From Candidatus Zixiibacteriota bacterium (GTDB lineage Bacteria > Chloroflexota > Limnocylindria > QHBO01), in the NCBI GenBank assembly GCA_035687145.1, contig DASRYM010000051.1:2309-66308 (forward strand): a stretch of DNA of 64,000 bases, read 5' to 3'. The notes under the pieces were generated by a model. It did not search any database and was not told where the DNA came from. It saw only the letters and a program-made list of their open reading frames with translations. Position numbers and translations under genes: made by a program. This document shows, in pieces, positions 37,434 through 47,643 of this stretch (positions are counted from its first letter, which is position 1; each line of letters starts with the position of its first letter).

Positions 37434-37670
37434 TCACCTTCGGCGAAGGAGGAAGCGGTACACGCCGTCCTCCACGGACTCCTCCACCAGCTCGTGGCCG
37501 GTGGTCCTTGTCCAGGCGGTGAAGTCCTTCGTGGACCCCGGGTCGGTGGCCAGCACCTCGATGAGCTCGCCGGGGGCCAGCGACTTCATCGCCAGGGCGG
37601 TCCGCACGATGGGGAGTGGACAGGAGAGCCCCCGCGCGTCGACGCGCTGGGCAACAGTCGGCGTGGTCAT
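37434..37670 (-). CDS. tusA: TusA-family sulfurtransferase (canonical CPLP)
   Basis: 78 aa; DARGLSCPLPIV motif. Confidence 0.85.
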   Translation of the reverse strand: MTTPTVAQRVDARGLSCPLPIVRTALAMKSLAPGELIEVLATDPGSTKDFTAWTRTTGHELVEESVEDGVYRFLLRRR

Positions 37671-37691
37671 CGCATTTGCATCCTTTGGCGG

Positions 37692-38114
37692 TCAGATGAA
37701 GACCACCGGCCCGTCGCCGGCGGCCATCCAGAACGCGGCCACGCCCTCCACGCCGTCGACGAGAGGGGCGAGGTCCGCCTGCGTGATGTCCAGCAGGTCC
37801 ATGGACAGCGAGCACGCCTGGATGTCGACGTCGCCAAGCTCCTTGGCCTGGCGCAGCGTCTCGTACCAGGGAGCCTGCCCGGCTTCGGCCAGAGCGCGAA
37901 CCGCGGCGTGGCCCTCCGGGCCTGCCTCGGGGGCCAGGCCGTGGTCCCGCCCGATCCGCTCCGCGCGGAAGGCGTCAAGCGCCCAATACTGGAGGAAGAT
38001 GTGCACCGATCTGCCGAGGGCGGCCGCGCCGGCGGCCATGACGGCCGCGGCGTTGAGCTTGTCGTCGGTGCCGGAGAAGAGGACGAAGGACAGGTTGCGG
38101 TCCATGCGACTCAC
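37692..38114 (-). CDS. DsrE/DsrF-like (DsrE3/YrkE-type) sulfur-transfer protein
   Basis: FVLFSGTDDKL, IFLQYWAL and IQACSLSMDLL motifs. GTG at 38114 overlaps the arsR stop (GTGA); ATG at 38105 is an alternative. Confidence 0.7.
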   Translation of the reverse strand: MSRMDRNLSFVLFSGTDDKLNAAAVMAAGAAALGRSVHIFLQYWALDAFRAERIGRDHGLAPEAGPEGHAAVRALAEAGQAPWYETLRQAKELGDVDIQACSLSMDLLDITQADLAPLVDGVEGVAAFWMAAGDGPVVFI

Positions 38115-38473
38115 CCCTTGGAAGCACCCGCGCGGTGGGCGGGCATGACTGGGGCGCCTGCCGCACGCCGTGCGACCCTGGCGAGACAGGCAAGACGCCG
38201 CTGGAGGGCCTGGCGCATCAGGCCGCAGGCGACGATGATGTCCGGGTCGGCGAGGCGGTAGCGCATCTCGCGCCCGTCCCGCTCGGCCTCCACCACCCCC
38301 GCAGCGCGCATCAGCGCCAGGTGCTGGGAGACGTTGGGTTGCGCGAGCCCCAGCTCATCGGCCAGCAGGCCAACGGTGCGAGGCCCGGTCGCCAGGTGGT
38401 GAACGATCTGCAGCCGGCGCGGGTTGGCAAGGGTCCTGAGGACGTCGGCCTGCAGCTCGTAGATCGGCTCCAT
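38111..38473 (-). CDS. ArsR/SmtB-family transcriptional regulator
   Basis: LANPRRLQIVHHL...VSQHLALMRAAGVV winged HTH. No alpha3 metal-binding Cys. Two C-terminal Cys residues (positions 83 and 96). Confidence 0.9.
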   Translation of the reverse strand: MEPIYELQADVLRTLANPRRLQIVHHLATGPRTVGLLADELGLAQPNVSQHLALMRAAGVVEAERDGREMRYRLADPDIIVACGLMRQALQRRLACLARVARRAAGAPVMPAHRAGASKG

Positions 38474-38491
38474 GACCGCAGGATGCGACGT

Positions 38492-38507
38492 ATGCGCATC
38501 TGCGCAT
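38492..38507. promoter_or_regulatory. Inverted repeat ATGCGCA-TC-TGCGCAT, a candidate ArsR-family operator
   Basis: Perfect 7-2-7 palindrome 19 nt upstream of the arsR start, inside the arsR/flavodoxin divergent gap. Confidence 0.4.
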
Positions 38508-38663
38508 CAGTGCCCCAGGTCACCCAGGGGCGAGCCCTTCGGCTCATCAGTGCGCCGTCGCGGGCATGACATCCGGCACTGTCGGGCCCTCCCACCCGGC
38601 CCTGTCGAGGGCCGGCCCACCGCCCGCACCATGGCGGGGCTCACCCACGAGGAGGATCCACGC

Positions 38664-39176
38664 ATGAAGGCAGTGGTGGTCTACGAATCGGTGTGGGGGA
38701 ACACCGCCGCCGTGGCCCGGGCGATCGCCGAGGGCATCGGTCCCGAGGCGCGAGCGGTGACGACCGATGCCGCGACGCCCGAGCTGCTGGCTGCCGCCGA
38801 GCTGGTGGTTGCCGGTGCACCGGTGATGGGCTTCAGCCTGCCGACCGACCAGATGCGCGACAACGTCGCCAGGAGCGAGACCGGCGGCCCACCGCCCGAC
38901 CTGGCCCATCCGTCCCTGCGCTCCTGGCTGGAGTCGCTGCCGGCGGCCGATGGCCGGCCGAGCGCGGCCTTCGAGACGCGCATCTGGTGGTCACCCCGAG
39001 GCGCGACCGGCGACATCGAGGAGCGCCTGCGGCGGGCCGGCTACCGCATCGCGAGCAGGGCCCACAAGTTCGTGGTCAAGGACAAGTACGGGCCGCTGCG
39101 GGAAGGAGAGGTCGAGCGGGCGCGGGCCTGGGGCCGGTCGCTGGCCGAGGCGCTGACGCCGGCAGCCGTGGACTGA
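38664..39176 (+). CDS. Flavodoxin-family protein
   Basis: MKAVVVYESVWGNTAAVARAIAEG N-terminus. GGAGGA lies 8 nt upstream of the ATG. Confidence 0.75.
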   Translation: MKAVVVYESVWGNTAAVARAIAEGIGPEARAVTTDAATPELLAAAELVVAGAPVMGFSLPTDQMRDNVARSETGGPPPDLAHPSLRSWLESLPAADGRPSAAFETRIWWSPRGATGDIEERLRRAGYRIASRAHKFVVKDKYGPLREGEVERARAWGRSLAEALTPAAVD

Positions 39177-39179
39177 CGC

Positions 39180-40274
39180 CTACCCGAGCAGGTGGGCCAC
39201 CGCGCGGGCGATCACCAGGTCCTCGCGCGCGGTGACCCGCAGCACGCGCACCCGCGAGCCCGGCAGGCTGAGCTCCATGTCGGCGGCGTCGCCGGCGGTG
39301 TTCAGGACCGATGGCACGCCGATGCCGGTCAGCCGCCGGCAGATCTCGACGCGCACCTCGGCGGCGTGCTCACCGATGCCGCCGGTGAAGACCACGGCGT
39401 CCAGGGTGGGCAGCGTGGTGGCCGCCGCCCCGATGGCCGCCGCCGCACGCCGGACGAACAGCTCCAGGGCCAGCGCCGCGCGCGGGTGACCCTCCCCGGC
39501 CGCGGCCTGCACCTGGCGCAGGTCGAGACCGACCCCGGACACGCCCAGCAGCCCGGCGCGGTGGTTGAGCGTCTCCCGCAGCTCGTCGAGGTCCAGGCGA
39601 CCGGCATCGAGCAGCTCCAGCAGGATGCCGGGGTCGATGCTCCCCGCCCGAGTGCCCATCATCAGCCCCTCGAGCGGCGTGAAGCCCATCGAGGTGTCCA
39701 CCGAGCGGCCGCCGTCGACGGCGGTCACCGAGCAGCCGCTCCCCAGGTGAGCCACCACCAGTCGCAGCTCCTGGGGTGCACGGCCGAGGAGCGCCGCGGC
39801 GCGCTCGACCGACCAGGCCACCGACAGGCCGTGGAAGCCGAAACGCCGCACGCCCCACTCGGCGTACCACTCGTAGGGCAGCGGGTAGACGTGGGCGGCG
39901 GGCGGCAGCCCGGCGTGGAAGGCGGTGTCGAAGCAGGCGACGTGGGCGACCTCGGGAAGGGCCTGGCGGGCGCTGGTGATCACCTCCAGCGCCGGACCGT
40001 TGTGGAGCGGCGCGAGGTCGCGCAGCTCGTCCAGCGCGCGCAGCACGGCGTCCGAGATGAGCATGGGCGTCACGTGCTTGACGCCGCCGTGCACCACCCG
40101 GTGGCCGACCGCGTCCACCCGTCCGGCATCGGCCAGAGCGGCGGCGATGGCATCGGTCCAGCCAGTGTCGGCCGGTCGCTGGAGCTCGTGCCGCGCCAGC
40201 GTGCGGTCGCCGGGCTCCTCGACGAGCGACGACTTCAGGCTGCTGGAGCCGGCGTTGAGGACCAGCACCCGCAT
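39180..40274 (-). CDS. ackA: Acetate kinase
   Basis: MRVLVLNAGSSSLK, GHRVVHGG, FDTAFH, RFGFHGLS. Confidence 0.95.
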   Translation of the reverse strand: MRVLVLNAGSSSLKSSLVEEPGDRTLARHELQRPADTGWTDAIAAALADAGRVDAVGHRVVHGGVKHVTPMLISDAVLRALDELRDLAPLHNGPALEVITSARQALPEVAHVACFDTAFHAGLPPAAHVYPLPYEWYAEWGVRRFGFHGLSVAWSVERAAALLGRAPQELRLVVAHLGSGCSVTAVDGGRSVDTSMGFTPLEGLMMGTRAGSIDPGILLELLDAGRLDLDELRETLNHRAGLLGVSGVGLDLRQVQAAAGEGHPRAALALELFVRRAAAAIGAAATTLPTLDAVVFTGGIGEHAAEVRVEICRRLTGIGVPSVLNTAGDAADMELSLPGSRVRVLRVTAREDLVIARAVAHLLG

Positions 40275-40284
40275 CGGTGATGCG

Positions 40285-42708
40285 TTACACGATCGCGCTG
40301 TCGCCGGTCGTCCCCGGCCAGGCCCAGTCACGCACCTCCGGGGCGTCCTCGCCGTGCTCGCGGGTGTAGGCCCGCGCCTGGACCCGCTTGTCGGCCATGA
40401 GCTGGCGGATGTGCGCGGCGCGGTTGCCGAGGTTCGGCACGCGGTCGATGACGTCCATCACCAGGTGGTACCGGTCGAGGTCGTTGAGCATGACCATGTC
40501 GAACGGCGTCGTCGTGGTGCCCTCCTCCTTGTAGCCCCGAACGTGGAGGTTGCCGTGGTTCGTCCGTCGGTAGGTGAGCCGATGGATGAGCCAGGGATAG
40601 CCGTGGTAGGCGAAGACGATCGGCTTGTCGGTGGTGAACAAGTTGTCGAACTCGCGGTCCGACAGGCCGTGTGGATGCTCGCGCGGGTCCTGGAGGGCCA
40701 TGAGGTCGACGACGTTGACGAACCGCACCTTCAGGTCGGGCAGGTACCGACGCAGCAGGTCCACGGCGGCCAGGGTCTCCAGGGTCGGCACGTCGCCGGC
40801 GCAGCCGAGGACGACGTCGGGCTCCTCGCCCTCGTCGTTCGAGGCCCAACGCCAGATGCTGGCGCCGCGCGCGCAGTGGATGACCGCCTCCTCCATGCTG
40901 AGCCAGTTCGGCATCGGCTGCTTGCCGGCCACGATGACGTTCACGTAGTGCCGGCTGCGGAGGCAATGGTCGGCGACGCTGAGCAGGCAGTTCGTGTCCG
41001 GTGGCAGGTAGACGCGGATGATCTCGGCCTTCTTGTTCACGACGTGGTCGATGAACCCGGGGTCCTGGTGGCTGAAGCCGTTGTGGTCCTGCCGCCAGAC
41101 GTGGCTGGAGAGCAGGTAGTTGAGCGAGGCGATCGGCCGCCGCCATGGGATGTCGCGGGTCACCTTCAGCCACTTGGCGTGCTGGTTGAACATCGAGTCG
41201 ACGATGTGGATGAAGGCCTCGTAGCAGTTGAAGAGGCCGTGGCGCCCGGTGAGCAGGTACCCCTCCAGCCAGCCCTGGCAGAGGTGCTCGCTGAGGACCT
41301 CCATCACCCGCCCGCCCGGCGCGAGGTGCTCGTCGACCGGCAGCGTCTCCGCCATCCAGGCCTTCTGCGTCTTCTCGTAGACGGCCCCCAGCCGGTTCGA
41401 CTCGGTCTCGTCCGGGCCGAAGAGGCGGAACGTGGTGCGGTTGCGGTCGATGACGTCCCGCAGGTAGGCGCCGAGGACTCGGGTCGCCTCGCTCGTCGTG
41501 ACCCCCGGCGTCGGCACGTCGACCGCGTAGTCGCGGAAGTCTGGCAGGTGCAGGTCCTTGAGCAGCAGGCCGCCGTTGCTGTTCGGGTTGGCGCTCATCC
41601 GCCGCGTGCCGGCCGGCGCCAGCGCCATGACCTCGGGCACCACGGCGCCGTTCTCGTCGAACAGCTCCTCGGGCCGGTAGGAGCGCATCCACTCCTCGAG
41701 CAGCCGCAGGTGCTCCGGGTTGCTGCGCACGCCCGCCAGCGGGACCTGGTGGGAGCGCCAGGTGTCCTCCACCGGGTCCCCGTCCACCTCCTCGGGACCG
41801 GTCCAGCCCTTCGGGGTGCGCAGGATGATCATCGGCCAGCGCGGCCGCTCGTTGCGGGGGCCGCGGCCCGACCGCGCCCGCTCCTGGATCCGCGCGATAT
41901 CGTCGAGCGCGTCGTCCAGCGCGGCCGCCAGCCGCTGATGCACCTCGGCCGGGTCGTCGCCGGCGACCAGGATCGGCCGGTGCCCGTGGCCGCGCATCAG
42001 GTCCAGCAGCTCCTCCTCGCTGATGCGGGCCAGGACGGTGGGGTTGGCGATCTTGTAGCCGTTGAGATGGAGGATCGGCAGCACCGCGCCGTCCGTGGCC
42101 GGGTCAAGGAACTTGTTCGACTGCCAGCTGCCGGCAAGCGGCCCGGTCTCCGCCTCGCCGTCGCCGATCACCGCCGCCACGATCAGGTCCGGGTTGTCGA
42201 AGGCCGCCCCGTAGGCGTGGGACAGCGCGTATCCCAGCTCGCCGCCCTCGTGGATGGAGCCGGGCGTCTCGGGCGCCACGTGGGAGGGGATGCCGCCCGG
42301 GAAGCTGAACTGGCGGAACAGCGCCCGCAGCCCGTCCTCGTCGCGGGTGATGGCCGGGTAGACCTCGGTGTAGGTGCCATCCAGGTAGGCCGCCGCCACC
42401 AGCCCGGGCCCGCCGTGCCCGGGGCCGGTGATATACAGCACGCTCAGGTCGCGAGCCCCGATGGCGCGGTTGAGGTGCGCATAGATCAGCGTCAGGCCGG
42501 GCACCGTGCCGAAGTGGCCCAGCAGCCGCGGCTTGATGTGCTCCGGCTTCAGCGGCTCGCGCAGCAGCGGGTTGTCCAGCAGGTAGATCTGCCCCACCGA
42601 CAGGAAGTTGGCGGCGCGCCACCACGCGTCGATGCGGCGCAGCTCGTCGTCGGAGAGCGGCCTGCCCTCCCCGGTCAAGGGAACGGCGGTCGTGCGGGCC
42701 ATGGCCAT
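40285..42708 (-). CDS. xfp: Xylulose-5-phosphate/fructose-6-phosphate phosphoketolase
   Basis: 807 aa with [33 protein letters not shown] and [12 protein letters not shown] hallmark motifs. Confidence 0.95.
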   Translation of the reverse strand: MAMARTTAVPLTGEGRPLSDDELRRIDAWWRAANFLSVGQIYLLDNPLLREPLKPEHIKPRLLGHFGTVPGLTLIYAHLNRAIGARDLSVLYITGPGHGGPGLVAAAYLDGTYTEVYPAITRDEDGLRALFRQFSFPGGIPSHVAPETPGSIHEGGELGYALSHAYGAAFDNPDLIVAAVIGDGEAETGPLAGSWQSNKFLDPATDGAVLPILHLNGYKIANPTVLARISEEELLDLMRGHGHRPILVAGDDPAEVHQRLAAALDDALDDIARIQERARSGRGPRNERPRWPMIILRTPKGWTGPEEVDGDPVEDTWRSHQVPLAGVRSNPEHLRLLEEWMRSYRPEELFDENGAVVPEVMALAPAGTRRMSANPNSNGGLLLKDLHLPDFRDYAVDVPTPGVTTSEATRVLGAYLRDVIDRNRTTFRLFGPDETESNRLGAVYEKTQKAWMAETLPVDEHLAPGGRVMEVLSEHLCQGWLEGYLLTGRHGLFNCYEAFIHIVDSMFNQHAKWLKVTRDIPWRRPIASLNYLLSSHVWRQDHNGFSHQDPGFIDHVVNKKAEIIRVYLPPDTNCLLSVADHCLRSRHYVNVIVAGKQPMPNWLSMEEAVIHCARGASIWRWASNDEGEEPDVVLGCAGDVPTLETLAAVDLLRRYLPDLKVRFVNVVDLMALQDPREHPHGLSDREFDNLFTTDKPIVFAYHGYPWLIHRLTYRRTNHGNLHVRGYKEEGTTTTPFDMVMLNDLDRYHLVMDVIDRVPNLGNRAAHIRQLMADKRVQARAYTREHGEDAPEVRDWAWPGTTGDSAIV

Positions 42709-42716
42709 ATTGTCGC

Positions 42717-43850
42717 CTACGGCTCCAGCCAGACCGATGCCATCGGCTGGCCCACCGCCGTGCCCAGCAAGCTGCCGACGCCGAAGGTGATGGCCGCCGC
42801 GGCCAGCCCGAAGGCCAGCTGCCGCAGGCCGGAGCGGACCGGCGCCTGGCCGGTGACCACGGTGATGCCGGCGCCGATGCCGAACAGGGCCAGCCCGGAC
42901 AGCACGGTCGAGGTGGCGACGGTTTCCGGGCCCGAGCCGAACAGGAAGGGGATGACCGGGATGATGGCCCCGCCCGCGAACAGCGAGAAGGAGGCGATGG
43001 CCGCCACCCAGGGGTTGCCGCCCAGCTCCTCCGGGTCAATGCCCAGCTCCTCGCGGGCCATGGTGTCGAGCACCACCGGGCGGTCGCTTTCCATGAGCCG
43101 CGTGGCCAGCCGCTCCGCCTCCTGGCGGGGAATGCCCTTGGCCTGGTAGATCAGCCGCAGCTCCTCGCGCTCCTGGTCGGGGAAGGCCTCCAGCTCGGCG
43201 GCCTCCACCGCCAGCTGGTTCATGGCCAGCTCCCGGGAGCTCTGGACGCTGAGCCACTCGCCCAGGGCCATGGACAGGGCGCCGGCCAGCAGGCCGGCCA
43301 GGCCGGCGATCAGCACGGCCTGGCCTTCAGGCGCGGCTCCGGCCACGCCCATGACCAGGCTGAAGTTGCTGACCAGGCCGTCGTTGGCGCCCAGCACCGC
43401 GGCGCGCAGGGCGTTGCCGCTCACGGTACGGTGGCGGCCCTCGAAGCGGGCGATCACGCTTCCCTCCACGCCGTCCGGCACGGAGCGAAGGAAGCGGGCG
43501 AAGGAGCGCGACCCCGGCGGCAGGGGCGTGCCGGACACGTCCCGCAGTCCTTCATGATCCAGGTGCACGGCGCGCGCGTGCGACGACACCACGCCGGCCA
43601 CCAGGCCGGGGCCGAGACGGCGGGCGACCCAGGCCAGCAGCCGCGCCCGCCGGGTCGGCTCCAGGGTCAGGCCCCCGAGACGCTCGCTCCAGTCCCGGGC
43701 GTGCCGCTCCTCGGCGTGCGCCAGTCGGCGGTACAGATCGGCCAGCCGCGGGTCATCCGCCCCGTCGGCCATGGCATGGAAGACGAGGGTGACGTCCACC
43801 TCGCCCTGCAGGTTGGCGCGCCAGCGCTCGCGGTCACCGGTCGAGGCCAT
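42717..43850 (-). CDS. VIT1/CCC1-family Fe/Mn transporter with N-terminal ferritin-like domain
   Basis: N-terminal ExxH ([11 protein letters not shown]), then [21 protein letters not shown] and C-terminal TM helices. Confidence 0.85.
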   Translation of the reverse strand: MASTGDRERWRANLQGEVDVTLVFHAMADGADDPRLADLYRRLAHAEERHARDWSERLGGLTLEPTRRARLLAWVARRLGPGLVAGVVSSHARAVHLDHEGLRDVSGTPLPPGSRSFARFLRSVPDGVEGSVIARFEGRHRTVSGNALRAAVLGANDGLVSNFSLVMGVAGAAPEGQAVLIAGLAGLLAGALSMALGEWLSVQSSRELAMNQLAVEAAELEAFPDQEREELRLIYQAKGIPRQEAERLATRLMESDRPVVLDTMAREELGIDPEELGGNPWVAAIASFSLFAGGAIIPVIPFLFGSGPETVATSTVLSGLALFGIGAGITVVTGQAPVRSGLRQLAFGLAAAAITFGVGSLLGTAVGQPMASVWLEP

Positions 43851-43891
43851 GCCCGGTCATTCTGCACATGGTTCGCCAACCGGCTGGGAGA

Positions 43892-45541
43892 TCACTGCCC
43901 GGAGGTGTCCGGGGGCCTGCGGATCCCGGCCAGCTCCTGGAGGAGGCGCCAGTTGGCCAGGCGCTCGGCCTGGGTGGCCAGGATCTCCTCGCTGGGCGTG
44001 CCATCGGCCGCGAAGTGCGGCGCGAAGCGACCCTCGGTCCGGGCGAAGGCCAGGAAGTCCTCCGGCGTGCCTTCCGGCCGCGTGAACCAGTCCTCCTTCT
44101 GCGCCGGGTTTCCCTGCAGGCTCAGCCGCTCCGCCACGCTCTCGCCCCTGCGCGGGTCGTAGACGAAGAGCGGGAAGGCGCGGGTCTGCACCGCCAAGCG
44201 TGCCTGCCGGTTGGCGGCGTCGTCGGCGATGCCGTGCTCCGGCATGCAGGGCGCAAAGACCAGCAGCACCGCCGGGCCGGGGTACTCGTTGGCGTCCATC
44301 ACCGCGCGGTAGAAGTGGTTGATGTGGGCCGGCGTGGTCTGGGCCACGTACACGTCACCGTGGCTCATCAGGATGCGGCCCAGCTCCTTGCGGCGCTCGG
44401 GCCGTCCGCGCAGCTGCTTTCCGAACGCCGACAGCTTGGTCACCTGCCCACCGAAGGTGGCGGTGGAGGCCTGCCCGCCGGTGTTCGAGTAGACCTGCGT
44501 GTCGAGCACCATGACCTTGATGTCGGCGCCGGAGGCAACCATGCGCGACAGGGCCTGGAAGCCGATGTCGTACATCGCCCCGTCACCGCCCAGCACCCAC
44601 AGCCGACGCTCGGGGTGGCCGGCCTGGTCCCAGCGGGCGCGGATGCCCATGGCGTCGGTCGGGGCATTCTCGAACAGCGAGTTCGTCCACGGCACCAGGA
44701 ACGGGTTGTACGGGTAGGTGCTGCCGAAGACCGTGTTGCAGCCGGTGGCGGCCACGATGCCCATCGAGTCCGGCCCGTACACCTGGCGCGTGGCCGCCAC
44801 CAGCATGCGAATCGCGGTCCCCTCGCCGCAGCCGGCGCAGCTGCCGGCACCCCCCACGTACCCGAAGGCGTGCTCGCCCAGCATGAGGTCGGCCAGCGCC
44901 TTCTCGGACCGATACGCCTCCGGCGTGGGCGGCAGGCTCCGGAAGAAGGCGTAGTCGCGAGCGTAGCGGTCGAGGGTCGACTCGCCGGACGGCTCGCGGT
45001 CGGCCTTGGCGATCATGCGCAGCGCGTCGTGTCCCAGCCCGGAGCAGACCTCGATGCAGACCCCGCAGCCCTTGCAGTGGGCGGGCTTCACGAAGATACC
45101 GAACAGGGCCGGCTCCAGGCCGCGCCGGGCCGGCACCTCGGCGTACTTCGTGGTCCGCACGAAGTGCGAGGCCAGGCCGGCGCTGATCGCCTCCGCCGCA
45201 CCGTCCCGCGCCTCCTGCTCCTCCACGAAGCGGGTGATGGACAGCTCCACCTCCGACTCGGGGAGGGCGACCCCCAGGATCGCGGTGTCGGGACAGGCGT
45301 TGACGCAGGCCATGCAGCCCACGCATCGGTCCGCGATCAGCTCGGGGATCTCGGGCGCCAGGTGGCTGAAGTCGCGGGTGGCGGCCGTCCCGGGAGGGAT
45401 GAGGCTGCGCGCCGCGCTGACGTCGGCCGGCAGCCCGGCGTCGGCCGTCCCGCGGTTGTAGGCCGGCAGGATGGCGCGCCAGAAGTCGTCCACGTAGGCG
45501 TCGATCTCGGGGGTGGCCGGCGCGGCCTGCCGCGTGGTCAT
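43892..45541 (-). CDS. Pyruvate/2-oxoacid:ferredoxin oxidoreductase, ferredoxin-domain plus TPP-binding subunit
   Basis: Two 4Fe-4S motifs (CVGCMACVNACP, CKGCGVCIEVCS), CAGCGE, and a GDGAMYDIG TPP motif. Confidence 0.9.
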   Translation of the reverse strand: MTTRQAAPATPEIDAYVDDFWRAILPAYNRGTADAGLPADVSAARSLIPPGTAATRDFSHLAPEIPELIADRCVGCMACVNACPDTAILGVALPESEVELSITRFVEEQEARDGAAEAISAGLASHFVRTTKYAEVPARRGLEPALFGIFVKPAHCKGCGVCIEVCSGLGHDALRMIAKADREPSGESTLDRYARDYAFFRSLPPTPEAYRSEKALADLMLGEHAFGYVGGAGSCAGCGEGTAIRMLVAATRQVYGPDSMGIVAATGCNTVFGSTYPYNPFLVPWTNSLFENAPTDAMGIRARWDQAGHPERRLWVLGGDGAMYDIGFQALSRMVASGADIKVMVLDTQVYSNTGGQASTATFGGQVTKLSAFGKQLRGRPERRKELGRILMSHGDVYVAQTTPAHINHFYRAVMDANEYPGPAVLLVFAPCMPEHGIADDAANRQARLAVQTRAFPLFVYDPRRGESVAERLSLQGNPAQKEDWFTRPEGTPEDFLAFARTEGRFAPHFAADGTPSEEILATQAERLANWRLLQELAGIRRPPDTSGQ

Positions 45542-47541
45542 GCCGCCTCCTTTGCGGAGCCCAGGGCGGCGGTGACGTCGATCACCCCGTCATACGCGGC
45601 GGCCACCACCGCCAGGTTGGCCTCGACCACCGCCTTGCCGCGCTTGCCGAAGAAGCGCTCCAGGCGGCGGCCCACGGCCTCCAGCAGGGCGGCGCGGTCC
45701 AGGCCTGCCGCCGCGGCGAAGGGCGTCAGCCGCAGAAAGACGCCCACCAGGGCCACGCCCTGCATCCGCACCTCCAGGTCTGGGCGCGGGGCGTGGGCCC
45801 TCGCCAGCCCGGCGGTGTCCAGCGCCGCCACCCGGATCCGGCGGCGCCGGATCTCGGCGCGCGCTGCCTCGGGGATCGACTCCCAGATGGCGCGTGGCTC
45901 GGTGAGCGGGGTCTGCATGAACAGCGTCCCACCGTCGACCAGGCCGGCCAACGGCGCCGAGTGGTTGAACGCCGTGGCGGCGTGGATCGGGACGAAGTCG
46001 ACCTGGCGCAGCTCGGCGTGCAGGCGGATGGGCTCGTCGGCGATGGTCAGGTAGTAGGTGGTCGGCAGCCCCTTCTTCTCCGACCCGTAGCGCGGGTAGG
46101 CCTGCACGTGGCGGTCGAACAGGTCGGCCACCACGGTGGCCACCAGCTTGTTGGTCGTCACCGACCCGAACCCACCGATGGAGTGGCCGCGCAGCGTGTA
46201 GGCGCCTCGCGGGCGCAGCTCGACGGGCACCGGCACCACGGCATCCGGATGGCGAACGCCCAGCACGGCCCGCGGCCTGGCGCGCAGCGCCTCGGGATCG
46301 GCCAGCCACTCGAAGACGCCCAGCAGGTCGCCCGCGGAGACGTCGCGGCTCCCCAGCCCGGCGGAGACGGAGGCGACCACCGGCATCCGGGCGCCGCGCG
46401 CGGCCCGGTCGGCCAGCGCGGCCTTGATCTCGCGGGCCACCGGGTTGTCGGCGGCCATCGGCTCATCGGTCCGTTCCACCACGGCCACCGCGCGGGCGTG
46501 CTGCAGGGCCGCGACGAGCGCGTCGGTCGGGAAGGGCCGGAACACGGTCAGCGCCAGGCTCCCCACCCGGCGACCCTGCGCCCGCAGGAGGTCCACCACC
46601 GGCACGGCGGAGTCCGCCATGGAGCCCAGGCTGACCAGCACCAGCTCGGCATCCTGGCAGCGGTACGGCTGGACCGATGCGTACCGCCGACCCGTCAGCG
46701 CACCCCACGCGGCGAAGGCGTCGTCGAAGGCCCGCCGCAGACGGCCGACGAACTCGCGCTGGGCGACGACGCCCTTCATGTAGGCGTCCTGGTTGGCCAC
46801 CACGCCGCTCATCAGCGCAGCGGCCGGGTCGAACAGGTCGCGGATGCGGCGGCGGGGATCACCCACGAAGTCGCGCAGCAGCTCGTCGTCCGGGAGACGC
46901 GCGTTCTCCAGGGTGTGGGTGGTCAGGAAGCCGTCCTGGCAGACCATGACCGGCGTCTCCGCCTCCTCGGCCGCGCGGCGGGCGATGGCGGTCAGGTCCG
47001 CCGCCTCCTGTGCGTTGCGGGCGAAGACGATCCCCCAGCCGGTGTCGGCCACGCCCATCACGTCGTCGTGGCCGGCATGGATGTTCAGCGCCTGGCTGGT
47101 CAGGGCGCGCGCCCCGACGTGGAAGACGGCCGGCAGCCGCTTTCCGGCGATGACGTACAGGACCTCCTTCATCAGGATGAGGCCCTGGCCGGCGGTGAAG
47201 TTCGTGACGCGGCCGCCGGCCAGGGCGAACCCCTCGGCAGCCGACGCGGAGGAGTGCTCCGACTCCGGCTCGATGAAGCGCAGCGGCGTGCCCCACAGGT
47301 TGGTCCGGCCGTCGGCCACGGCCGCCTGGTAGATCGCCGCCATGGTGGTCGACGGCGTGATCGGGTAGGCGCACGCCGCCTCGCTGATGCGGATCTCGAC
47401 GTGGGCGATCGCCTCCGAGCCGTCCACGATGGCCGGCTGCCCGGGGTAACGGGGATCGGTCGTGTCCCCGCGCCCGGTCGTCAGCGCCGGCCGTCGGGCG
47501 ACCGGAGGCAGCATCGGCCTGGTGGTCGCTGCGCTGCTCAT
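45538..47541 (-). CDS. Pyruvate/2-oxoacid:ferredoxin oxidoreductase, large subunit (domains I-III)
   Basis: GSEAIAHVEIRISEAACAYPITPST pyrimidine-binding domain plus a gamma-like domain (GFGSVTTNKLV). Start taken at MSSAATT (47541). ATGA overlap with the next gene. Confidence 0.9.
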   Translation of the reverse strand: MSSAATTRPMLPPVARRPALTTGRGDTTDPRYPGQPAIVDGSEAIAHVEIRISEAACAYPITPSTTMAAIYQAAVADGRTNLWGTPLRFIEPESEHSSASAAEGFALAGGRVTNFTAGQGLILMKEVLYVIAGKRLPAVFHVGARALTSQALNIHAGHDDVMGVADTGWGIVFARNAQEAADLTAIARRAAEEAETPVMVCQDGFLTTHTLENARLPDDELLRDFVGDPRRRIRDLFDPAAALMSGVVANQDAYMKGVVAQREFVGRLRRAFDDAFAAWGALTGRRYASVQPYRCQDAELVLVSLGSMADSAVPVVDLLRAQGRRVGSLALTVFRPFPTDALVAALQHARAVAVVERTDEPMAADNPVAREIKAALADRAARGARMPVVASVSAGLGSRDVSAGDLLGVFEWLADPEALRARPRAVLGVRHPDAVVPVPVELRPRGAYTLRGHSIGGFGSVTTNKLVATVVADLFDRHVQAYPRYGSEKKGLPTTYYLTIADEPIRLHAELRQVDFVPIHAATAFNHSAPLAGLVDGGTLFMQTPLTEPRAIWESIPEAARAEIRRRRIRVAALDTAGLARAHAPRPDLEVRMQGVALVGVFLRLTPFAAAAGLDRAALLEAVGRRLERFFGKRGKAVVEANLAVVAAAYDGVIDVTAALGSAKEAA

Positions 47542-47596
47542 GCCGTCAGCCTGCCCGTCCGCCTGGCTCAGCGGCAGGGCTGAGGGCACCGACCAG

Positions 47597-47614
47597 ACGG
47601 GCCGTTCGGCCCGT
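47597..47614. promoter_or_regulatory. Perfect 8-2-8 palindrome ACGGGCCG-TT-CGGCCCGT in the PFOR/rsmI divergent gap
   Basis: Read directly from the sequence. Function unknown. Confidence 0.25.
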
Positions 47615-47643
47615 TCAGGCGGAGCGGGCACCTTCCCCGTGAA

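Noticed and set aside
39925-43149. 1074-aa + strand ORF
   Set aside because: It is antisense to phosphoketolase and the VIT1 gene. The composition is Arg/Val/Gly/Asp-rich with no motifs, so it is a shadow ORF.
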